Assembly (NCBI GenBank): GCA_046754105.1
Contig: JBHHVD010000074.1
Location: 1-16,292, forward strand
DNA from: Candidatus Krumholzibacteriia bacterium
Lineage (GTDB): Bacteria > Krumholzibacteriota > Krumholzibacteriia > WVZY01
DNA length: 16,292 nt
Reading direction: 5' to 3'
Part shown: one piece after another, positions 1 through 7,173 of the stretch
Numbering within the stretch: position 1 is the first letter of the stretch
Layout: the number at the start of each line of letters is the position of its first letter
Notes under the pieces: model-generated
The model's database searches: none
Told to the model about the DNA's origin: nothing
The model's input: the letters and a program-made list of their open reading frames with translations, nothing else
Program-made: the position numbers and the translations under genes

Positions 1-118
1 TCGCGTCGCAGGCGGCACGATCCGCCTCTACGCCACTCCCCTTTCCCATACAGCGGGAGGATGCCAAAGCGGCCGCTTCGGTCACGCGGACCAGCTCAAG
101 AGCCAGGTTTCTTTCCAT
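1..118 (-). CDS. glpX: Class II fructose-1,6-bisphosphatase, 5' part only (runs off the window start)
   Basis: Not in the ORF track. My translation from the ATG at 118 gives [39 protein letters not shown], matching the conserved GlpX N-terminus ([18 protein letters not shown]...GxG...AD.AAV.AM). Confidence 0.92.
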   Translation of the reverse strand, partial: MERNLALELVRVTEAAALASSRCMGKGSGVEADRAACDA

Positions 119-129
119 CGACGGAGCCG

Positions 130-540
130 TTATCCTTGGGCCGGCGTGCTCTCGTGTTCGTCTTCAGGCGCGTCGCCCGGTTTGCGCGCTTCGTTCAGTT
201 CCTTGGCCATCTGGTATTGATGGAATGCGAAGACAAACGGAAAAAGAACGTAGGCAAGACCTATGGTCAGCGGGTAGACGATCACCGAAATGATCAGCGT
301 GATCCAGAACCAGTTCCACTGCCCCAGGTAGAGGTAACCGAGGGGGCCGAGGAAAACCCAGCTCAAGATAAACCCCAGAAATCCGGCAAGGCCCGGACTC
401 TTCTCGCCGACGATTGGCCGCAGCCGCGTCAGCTCGTTGCCCTCCAGGAAACTGGAAACCGAGGTACGAATCCGACGTCCGCAATGGACGCAGATTTCGG
501 CCTTTTCGTCAATTTCCTTGCCGCAAAACCTGCAATACAT
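130..540 (-). CDS. Zinc-ribbon domain membrane protein (136 aa)
   Basis: Start moved to ATG 540 (GGTGA SD-like upstream). N-terminal [21 protein letters not shown] is a CxxC...CxxC zinc ribbon. It is followed by a TM2-like segment ([29 protein letters not shown]) and further hydrophobic helices. Ends 11 bp upstream of glpX. Confidence 0.8.
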   Translation of the reverse strand: MYCRFCGKEIDEKAEICVHCGRRIRTSVSSFLEGNELTRLRPIVGEKSPGLAGFLGFILSWVFLGPLGYLYLGQWNWFWITLIISVIVYPLTIGLAYVLFPFVFAFHQYQMAKELNEARKPGDAPEDEHESTPAQG

Positions 541-620
541 ACGTCTCACCCGTCTTGCCAGAATACCCATCGACGGAAACCCAATCCTCATCCCGATCTA
601 CGAGAAACGGGACTTGATTG

Positions 621-1835
621 TTACTCGGCCAGGGCCGAAAGATTCCGCCGGGCTGTGGTGTTATCCGGATCCAGGACTAACACCTTTTTCCACTGGGCCT
701 TGGCTTCCGTTATCTTACCATTTTCCGCGAGGATAACGCCATAGTTATTCAGGTGGATTGTATTGCCGGGCTCGATCGCAAGCGCCCGTGCAATATAGGT
801 GGTAGCCTTCTCGAGTTCACCCAGCGCCCGGAAACTCATCGCCAGGGTGCCGAACGCCTCGTCGAGACCGGGCCCGCCGGGTTCGGCACGCGGGTCGAAG
901 GCGCTCCAAGCCGACCCGGCCGTTGGCTCGGTCGGGCGAGTCTCGAGCCAATCTTCCAGAAGACCGACCACTTCCTCGAATCGCTGCTCCTCGTACAGGG
1001 CCCGGCCGAGGTAGGTCCGGAAACTCCGGTTATCCGGGGCGCCAGAGAGCAGCGATTGCCACAGCGGCACCGCTTCACCGTATCGTTGGGCGCTCATCAG
1101 CACGGCGGCTCGATTGAATCGGTAGGCGTCGTTTCCGGGATCGAGCTCGAGCGCGCGGCCGAATTCGGACTCGGCGCTCCGATACTCACCAAGCCGCTTG
1201 AGCAACAGGCCGTAGTTGTTGTGAAATTTCGGCGTGTCCGCGCCGAGGTCAGCGGCCAGTTCGAAGAAACTTCGGGCGGCCTCGTCGTCCGTGCCGCTCA
1301 ACCCGATACCCATCGCCTCCGCGTACATCGGGTTCCGCGGATCGAGCGAGCGCGCCGTCTCCCACTGGCCCAGCGCCTGGTCGCCGCGGCCGAGCTCGAA
1401 CAGGGCGAGGCCGTAGTTGTAATGCGCCAGCGGGTCCCGGTTGCCGTAACGGACCGCCAGGTCGAATTCGGTCAGCGCGCGGCCCGTCCTGCCCATTTCC
1501 ATCAGTATCGCGGCCAGGTCGAGGTGGATACCGGAGCCCCCGTAGTCCAGGCGCAGGGCGGCCTCGTACTGTGCGACGGCATCGTCGTGGGCACCGAGTT
1601 TCCAGTAGCACTTGCCGAGCATGGCGTATAGCTGCCCGTTTTTCACCTTCTTCTCGGCCAGCGGCCGCAGCAGTGCCGCCGCGGCCTGGTAATCACCGGC
1701 CTCCATGAGAGCCTGGGCTTTCGCTTTCTGGGTGTTGATGTGTTCAGGGGTGGTCGCGACGCGGGCATGGTCGCCGAATGTGGCGCAACCCGCCACGAGC
1801 AGGATAATAGTAGCCGTTAAACCAACACGTCGCAT
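621..1835 (-). CDS. TPR-repeat lipoprotein (404 aa)
   Basis: Start moved to ATG 1835: MRRVGLTATIILLVAG-C is a signal peptide II with lipobox. The remainder is mostly TPR motifs (e.g. AHYNYGLALFELG, FHNNYGLLLKRLG...ALELDPGN, LNNYGVILAENG...VLVLDPDN). Confidence 0.85.
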   Translation of the reverse strand: MRRVGLTATIILLVAGCATFGDHARVATTPEHINTQKAKAQALMEAGDYQAAAALLRPLAEKKVKNGQLYAMLGKCYWKLGAHDDAVAQYEAALRLDYGGSGIHLDLAAILMEMGRTGRALTEFDLAVRYGNRDPLAHYNYGLALFELGRGDQALGQWETARSLDPRNPMYAEAMGIGLSGTDDEAARSFFELAADLGADTPKFHNNYGLLLKRLGEYRSAESEFGRALELDPGNDAYRFNRAAVLMSAQRYGEAVPLWQSLLSGAPDNRSFRTYLGRALYEEQRFEEVVGLLEDWLETRPTEPTAGSAWSAFDPRAEPGGPGLDEAFGTLAMSFRALGELEKATTYIARALAIEPGNTIHLNNYGVILAENGKITEAKAQWKKVLVLDPDNTTARRNLSALAE

Positions 1836-1964
1836 AGAGAACCGCTCGCGAGAGATCGGCGCCCCCCGGGCGGGGCGTCCGGGGTATGTGCCCCCCCTGA
1901 AGATACGACTTGGGGCCGGATCCAAAAAGGGCAAACTCCGGTTCGCGGGCGGCCCCCTGCCGGC

Positions 1965-2462
1965 CTACGATTGCCGCTGGCCGACGAGCCTTCTCTCGAG
2001 ATTGGCCCGGAGTTTTCCCAGGTACTTGTTGCACCAGTTGGCCCGGGGCAGGAACGGGATAAAGGGCCGGCGGCGGATGCCCATCCGCGTCAGCTCGGAC
2101 GCGGTGGCCGGGTGCTTCCTGTTTATCGCCCATGCGCGCTGTAGCACCTCGTAGGCCGAGCCGTTGTCCCCGCGGAGCCTGTAGACCTTGCCCAGGTTCA
2201 CGTAGGGAATCGGGTTCGAGGGCATGGCGTTCACGGCCTGCTTGCAGTGCCGGACCGCGCGGTCATAGTCGCGGTTCACCTGCGCCAGGCAGAACCCGAA
2301 ATACGACAGGTACAGGGCATTTCCGGGAGAAATCTGGAGCGACCGGACCAGAAAATCCAGCGCCTTGCGGTAATTGTTCCGCGCCATTCTCTCGAGAGCG
2401 AGGTTATAGAGCGCTTGCGATTCGAGTGTGCTGTCCTGGGCGTGCCGGGATGTTGCCTCCAT
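1965..2462 (-). CDS. Small TPR protein with basic C-terminal tail (165 aa)
   Basis: Start moved to ATG 2462, preceded by SD GAAAGGA. About three TPR units (ALDFLVRSLQISPGNALYLSYFG, PYVNLGKVYRLRG), then an Arg/Pro-rich tail MGIRRRPFIPFLPRANWCNKYLGKLR. Confidence 0.8.
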   Translation of the reverse strand: MEATSRHAQDSTLESQALYNLALERMARNNYRKALDFLVRSLQISPGNALYLSYFGFCLAQVNRDYDRAVRHCKQAVNAMPSNPIPYVNLGKVYRLRGDNGSAYEVLQRAWAINRKHPATASELTRMGIRRRPFIPFLPRANWCNKYLGKLRANLERRLVGQRQS

Positions 2463-2606
2463 GTTCAATTCCTTTCGAGAGGCGTCGTGTGGTGGCGTTG
2501 CAGGAAACCAAAAACCGTGCAACATGCCGCCAAAATGTTGCCAGACGTTGGACAACCACGTGGTGGGCAAAATACGTTCCACAAGCGGCTGGCGGTGGCG
2601 GTCGGC

Positions 2607-3650
2607 TCAGGCGATCGCCCGGGTGACGTCGTCGAGGAACATGAGGCCGATGAACTTGCCGCCCTCGACGATTCCCGCGACGGGCTGCTTGTTGCTCCGG
2701 AGCATATAGTACGCGTGAATGGCCGGCGTGCCGGCCTCGATCAGCGGGAATCCGGTGTGGACAAAGCGCTCCACGGTGTCCGCCCCCATTCCGTCGCCTC
2801 TCGCCCCCTCGAGGTCCGATGCCAACACCGCTCCCGAACGGGAACCCTCGCCGTCGGTGACCGGCAGTGCGGCCAGACCGGTGCCAGCCAGGAGCGCCAA
2901 CGCGCCGTCCACGGTAATCGCCGTCGATGATATCGGAACTATCGGCGCGACGAAGTCCCTAACGCATCTCTTGTCCAGGCCGATCTTGACGCGGATCATT
3001 CTCTCCTCGCTTATCGCCCCGAAAAAAATAAAAACCGCAATCAAGGGCAGCATGATGAATCGCTGGTCCGCAAAACCGAGAAGGGCGAAGATAATCGCGA
3101 TTATCTGCCCAACGCCCTTGGCGTATCGTGTCGCCCTGAGATAAGGCATCCGGATCGCCAACAGGCCCCGCAGGATGCGCCCACCATCCATCGGGAAGGC
3201 GGGGATCAGATTGAACGTGCCGAGAACGATGTTGATACCCAGCAGGTTGACGAGAAAATGCTCATCGGTGCCGATCGAAATATCCTGGAGCCACAGGATC
3301 ACAAAGAAAAGCGCGGCGAGCACAAAATTCACCAGAGGGCCGGAAATCGCCACGATGATTTCCTGTCTCGGGTTTTCGGGAATGCGTTCCGCCCTCGCCA
3401 TACCCCCGATGGGCAGAAGCACGATATCGTGGACCTGGATTCCGTAGCGGCGCACTTGCAGGCTGTGCCCGAATTCGTGGAGCACAACGCAGGCGAAGAC
3501 GGCCATCACGAGCGATACCGCCCACACCGCTTCGCCCCACCCCCCAGTTCGCCAACCGTCTACGCCGAAAGCCAGGAGGATCAGCGGGAACGTAAAATGC
3601 ACGCGGACGGGGATGCCGAAATAAGTGCCGAACTTTATTGTATATCTCAT
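2607..3650 (-). CDS. Site-2 protease (peptidase M50, SpoIVFB/Rip3-like) with C-terminal CBS-like pair
   Basis: Zinc motif HEFGH, LLPIGGMA beta-loop, ISGPLVN and third-ligand motif NLIPAFPMDGGRILR. Multiple TM helices. C-terminal segments LAALPVTD and VAGIVEGGKFIGLMFLDDV resemble degenerate CBS domains. Confidence 0.93.
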   Translation of the reverse strand: MRYTIKFGTYFGIPVRVHFTFPLILLAFGVDGWRTGGWGEAVWAVSLVMAVFACVVLHEFGHSLQVRRYGIQVHDIVLLPIGGMARAERIPENPRQEIIVAISGPLVNFVLAALFFVILWLQDISIGTDEHFLVNLLGINIVLGTFNLIPAFPMDGGRILRGLLAIRMPYLRATRYAKGVGQIIAIIFALLGFADQRFIMLPLIAVFIFFGAISEERMIRVKIGLDKRCVRDFVAPIVPISSTAITVDGALALLAGTGLAALPVTDGEGSRSGAVLASDLEGARGDGMGADTVERFVHTGFPLIEAGTPAIHAYYMLRSNKQPVAGIVEGGKFIGLMFLDDVTRAIA

Positions 3651-3780
3651 GCTGTCATCTGTCCTTACGGCACGGGTTCCTTGCGGACGCTTCCCCCCCG
3701 AGCAGCGGCGACCCGTCGGAGGACGACCGGGCGGGCGCCTTGTCCCGGCGACCGCAAACCCCTTTCATATAACATAATAA

Positions 3781-3809
3781 TTGAAAAACGCGAACCAATA
3801 TGTTACGAT
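3781..3809 (+). promoter_or_regulatory. sigma70-type promoter with extended -10 for the GH32-like gene
   Basis: TTGAAA (3781-3786), 17-bp spacer ending TGT, TACGAT (3804-3809). An AT-rich UP-like tract lies immediately upstream, in an otherwise GC-rich sequence. Confidence 0.65.
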
Positions 3810-3887
3810 TCAACCTCAATTCACGCCGCGTAATCGCCCGCGATGGCCTGGAAGCCGCCCACGAAGCCGACTCGGAAGAATCACACC

Positions 3888-5651
3888 GTGATACGTACAA
3901 TGATAAGGGCGCTGCTGCTGGCTGTTCCGGTGCTCGCCGCAGCGGGTGCTGAAGCGCTGGTCAAGTTCGACTTCGAGCAGAAGTACTTTGTAGAATTCGG
4001 GCCCGAGGTCAAAGACCACAGCCTCGTGCGCAGGAACGGCGTCTATCACCTCTTTTACCTGCGAGGCGATCCCGCCATCAATATCGGCCACGTCACGTCC
4101 ACCGATCTCATCCATTGGAGTTTTGAGAATCCTGTACTCTCCGTCCAGCCGGGTACGTGGGACGAGCGCGCGATGTGGGCGCCCCAGGTGATCCAGGGCA
4201 ACCGCGGCGAGTACATCATGTACTACACGGGGGTAAATCAGGCTTCCTCGCAGCAGACGGGCATCGCGATGTCGACCGACCTCTACGACTGGGTCAAGAT
4301 CCCGTGGCCGGTCTACCATCCGGACCCGCTGACGTGGGCGGAGTGGAGTGAGACGACGTTCAGCCACGGCCGTGATCCTTTTGTCCTCGAACATCAAGGA
4401 ACGTACTACCTGCTCAACACCGCCAAGACGTGGTTCAACAAGGGGGCAATCTCGTGTGCCACGTCGACCGACTTGTTCAACTGGCAAGACATAGGCCCGA
4501 TGTACGTGCACGACTCGTGGCACGTGCTCGAATCGGTCCAGTGCATTGAACGCAATAATAAGTTCCATCTGTTCTTCACCGAGGAAACGCTCGGTGCAAC
4601 GTCTCATATGGCTTCTGATTCATTGTTGAGCGGGTGGGATATCGGCACCCGGAATTTCATCGATTTTGGCCACGCGCCGGAGGTAACGTTGTTTGATGGG
4701 AACTACGTTTTCTCGCGCCACGCGGTCCACAACTACGGCGACGGAACGAATCAGTTCGTTATCCGTTTTGATACGTTGCTGTGGGTGGGCGACAGTCCCT
4801 TCGTATCCAAACCTTGGCCGCTGGCGCCGAACTGGTCAATGCCGGAGGGGTTCGCGTTCACGGTGCAACCGACGTTTCTCAACAACCCCGCCGCGCGCGG
4901 AGATACCGTGGACGTCGGCTTCACCGGGTTGAGTTGGCTGAGTTCTTTCGAGAACTACCAGGGTCCGCTCGGGCTGGGCAATCCCGGATCGTTCCTGGGC
5001 GACGGCGCTATCGGCACGCTGCGGTCGAAGACGTTCACGATCGTCGGCAATTCCATGAATCTCCTCGTCGGCGGCGGTGATTATGCCAACGACTGCTACG
5101 TGGCACTGGTCGACGCCAATACGCAACAGATACTTTTCAAGGAGACGGGCAAGGGCACGGATGCGATGGACCGGCGTTACTGGGACGTCAAGGTGCACAG
5201 GGGTGCGGACGTTTACATAGAGGTGGTGGACAATTCGACCGCCGCGTTTGGCCATATCAACGTGGATGACATAGAGGAGTCGTTCGAGTGGCTCAACGGA
5301 TCGGCCTCGGGGGGGACGGGTGACCGCCTGCGGAAACCCGGGCTGCAGGTGAGCTCGGCGCCCCCGGGCGATGGGATCGGGCTGTTCCAGAACAGCCCGA
5401 ACCCATTCAACCCCGTCACCCACATCTCCTACTACCTGCCCCGCTCCGGTCGCGCGACCGTTGACATATTCGACGTTCGTGGAAAACGTGTTCGCCGGCT
5501 GGCGTCCGCGGGCGCGGGTCCCGGTACGCACACCGTTCGTTGGGACGGCACTGGTGACCGTGGTGAGCCGCTCTCCACCGGCATCTATTTCTATCGTCTT
5601 CTGGTCGACGGCAGGAATATCGCCACTCGCAAGATGATGCTTCTCAAGTGA
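3888..5651 (+). CDS. Secreted GH32-like (clan GH-J) five-bladed beta-propeller glycosidase + CBM-like module + T9SS-CTD/FlgD-Ig domain
   Basis: Start GTG 3888 or ATG 3900. Signal peptide MIRALLLAVPVLAAAGAEA. Propeller motifs KDH...YHLFY, GHVTSTDLIHW, WAPQV, YIMYYTG, GRDPFV, LES, with Asp-box-like STDLxxW three times. Levanase-type accessory module GTLRSKTFTI...LLVGGG...WDV...IEVVDNSTAAFGHINVDDI. CTD LFQNSPNPFNP...WDG...GIYFYRL...KMMLLK. Confidence 0.85.
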   Translation: MIRTMIRALLLAVPVLAAAGAEALVKFDFEQKYFVEFGPEVKDHSLVRRNGVYHLFYLRGDPAINIGHVTSTDLIHWSFENPVLSVQPGTWDERAMWAPQVIQGNRGEYIMYYTGVNQASSQQTGIAMSTDLYDWVKIPWPVYHPDPLTWAEWSETTFSHGRDPFVLEHQGTYYLLNTAKTWFNKGAISCATSTDLFNWQDIGPMYVHDSWHVLESVQCIERNNKFHLFFTEETLGATSHMASDSLLSGWDIGTRNFIDFGHAPEVTLFDGNYVFSRHAVHNYGDGTNQFVIRFDTLLWVGDSPFVSKPWPLAPNWSMPEGFAFTVQPTFLNNPAARGDTVDVGFTGLSWLSSFENYQGPLGLGNPGSFLGDGAIGTLRSKTFTIVGNSMNLLVGGGDYANDCYVALVDANTQQILFKETGKGTDAMDRRYWDVKVHRGADVYIEVVDNSTAAFGHINVDDIEESFEWLNGSASGGTGDRLRKPGLQVSSAPPGDGIGLFQNSPNPFNPVTHISYYLPRSGRATVDIFDVRGKRVRRLASAGAGPGTHTVRWDGTGDRGEPLSTGIYFYRLLVDGRNIATRKMMLLK

Positions 5652-6483
5652 GACTGCGCGCCCGGTGCCCGCTCGATTCGTCCGCTTCCAGGAGATAGTA
5701 AGCCGCGGTCACCAGCACCTCGTTCAGGAAAGGGACCCGTCCCAGCGGGCCCGCCCCGATCACCGGCGCACCGTAGCGCAGCGCGAAGCTCGGACGGGAG
5801 AGGTAGAATCGTTTCCGGGTGACACGGAAACCGGCCTCCCTCACGTGTTTCTCGAAGCCGCGTATGGTAAGGCGAATCGAGCGCAGCCGCTTCACCTCCC
5901 GGTGCGCGCCCGAATCCCCCTTCGTTACAGGCAGAAACCATGGGTCCGGCAGAAGCTGCAAGTAGGGGAGCTTGTTGTACGGTATACGAACGAGCGTTGT
6001 CCTGGGTAGCAACTGCTGGTGCGCCCCGTACGGTGAGTAGTACGGCGGGAACACGACAAAGACCCGGCCGGATGGCGTCAGGTGCTCGCGCACGATGTCG
6101 AGGACCCGTACCGGCTCCGCAAGATGCTCCATCACGTCACGAAACATCACAAGGTCAAAGGCGCCTTCCCGATAGACTTTACCCGTATCGTCAAGAATAT
6201 CTCCAACGAAGGTCTTCGCGGTTACGCCGTCCCTGCGGTTGAACCTCTCCGCGGTCGCCACGAGACGCTCTTCGATATCCATCATTACCACGCGGGCACC
6301 CGCGTGAAAAAACGCCGCGCCGCACCCTCCGTCCCCGCACCCTACCTCGAGCAGGTGGATTCCGTCGAGGTGGACACCCCAGGCCTCCAGCGTCGGAATC
6401 AGGTAGCGCTCGGCCAGCTTCGACTGGTAGTCGCGGTAGCGCTCGCTCCAATTCCCCCGCGAAACTTCACTCTTTACTGACAA
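5644..6483 (-). CDS. Class I SAM-dependent methyltransferase (279 aa)
   Basis: TTG start with AGGTGAG SD. Motif I LLEVGCGDGG, acidic VMMDI, FVGDI, motif FDLVMFRDVMEHL, LTPSGRVFV. Substrate unknown. Confidence 0.9.
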   Translation of the reverse strand: MSVKSEVSRGNWSERYRDYQSKLAERYLIPTLEAWGVHLDGIHLLEVGCGDGGCGAAFFHAGARVVMMDIEERLVATAERFNRRDGVTAKTFVGDILDDTGKVYREGAFDLVMFRDVMEHLAEPVRVLDIVREHLTPSGRVFVVFPPYYSPYGAHQQLLPRTTLVRIPYNKLPYLQLLPDPWFLPVTKGDSGAHREVKRLRSIRLTIRGFEKHVREAGFRVTRKRFYLSRPSFALRYGAPVIGAGPLGRVPFLNEVLVTAAYYLLEADESSGHRARSLT

Positions 6484-6501
6484 TGTCTCACCTATTAGAT
6501 T
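6473..6501 (+). promoter_or_regulatory. Putative sigma70 promoter giving a leaderless transcript of the beta-barrel gene
   Basis: TTTACT (6473-6478), 17 bp, TAGATT (6496-6501). ATG at 6508 falls at the expected +1 and has no SD. Confidence 0.5.
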
Positions 6502-6507
6502 GTGGTT

Positions 6508-7152
6508 ATGAAAAGCTTCCTCGTGACGGCCGTTATCATATCACTATTTGCTGCGAATGCAATTGCGCAACCACAGCAAGACCCCGAGAGAGACAGCAAC
6601 GAACGGCTCGGGGTTCGCATCGGCTACCTCGCAACCACGAGCGACCTGGAGAATAGTTTCGGGGATGGCGTTGACCTGGCCCTGCATTGGGTGCAGAAGA
6701 TAAGAAACCCTTTCGCCATCGATTTCACGCTCGGCGTGTTCCTTCTCGGGGACACCGGGCGGGACGATATCACGCGATCGTTCATCTTTCCACCGCCCAC
6801 CGGGGATATAAGCATGCGCGTGCTCACCTTTACCGCGGCCCCGGTACTGGCGTTTCCGGTCAACGATCGCACCGACTTTTACGTCAGCGCCGGAGTCGGC
6901 TTGTATACGATCAGCCTGCTCCTCGAATCGGGACTTTTTCAGGGAGAAACGTCCGACAACCACCTCGGTGTCAACGGCGGCTCCGGCCTCACGCGCCGCA
7001 TAAGCACCAACTGGTACCTGGACCTCAACCTCCAGCTTCACAAGTTCTGGACGAGCACGAATTCCGATGACTTGTTCTTCGTGTACTCGGAAGGCGACCA
7101 GGACCCGCTGTTCTACAACGTGACCGTGGGTTTTCTCCTGCGGCTCTTTTGA
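6508..7152 (+). CDS. Outer-membrane beta-barrel protein (OmpA/OmpW-like, probably 8-stranded)
   Basis: Signal peptide MKSFLVTAVIISLFAANAIA. Alternating amphipathic strands (LGVRIGY, FYVSAGVGLY, LGVNGGSGL, WYLDLNLQLH). C-terminal BAM-type strand YNVTVGFLLRLF ending in Phe. Confidence 0.85.
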   Translation: MKSFLVTAVIISLFAANAIAQPQQDPERDSNERLGVRIGYLATTSDLENSFGDGVDLALHWVQKIRNPFAIDFTLGVFLLGDTGRDDITRSFIFPPPTGDISMRVLTFTAAPVLAFPVNDRTDFYVSAGVGLYTISLLLESGLFQGETSDNHLGVNGGSGLTRRISTNWYLDLNLQLHKFWTSTNSDDLFFVYSEGDQDPLFYNVTVGFLLRLF

Positions 7153-7173
7153 TTTCCCCGGGGACGGCCCGCA

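Noticed and set aside
61..744. 227-aa plus-strand ORF
   Set aside because: Antisense shadow of glpX, the Zn-ribbon gene and the TPR lipoprotein. No recognisable motifs.
753..1631. 292-aa plus-strand ORF
   Set aside because: Lies wholly opposite the TPR lipoprotein. A typical stop-poor antisense frame in GC-rich DNA.
1862..1897. C6 and C7 homopolymer runs (another C7 at 3693-3699) as phase-variation tracts
   Set aside because: Too short to be convincing in a GC-rich genome, and not within coding frames or identified promoter spacers.
1836..1934. N-terminal extension of the TPR lipoprotein given by the ORF track
   Set aside because: It would bury the lipoprotein signal, so ATG 1835 is better. 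Similar upstream extensions at 591, 2582, 3843, 9327, 11123 and 13455 were trimmed using SD, signal-peptide or domain evidence.
2528..2544. Second possible sigma54 promoter (minus strand CTGGCAACATTTTGGCG)
   Set aside because: Has GG-N10-GC spacing but a poor -12 element (TGGCG rather than TTGCW). Not supportable without TSS data.
3816..5531. Minus-strand ORFs 3816-4607 and 4836-5531
   Set aside because: Antisense shadows of the well-supported glycosidase gene.
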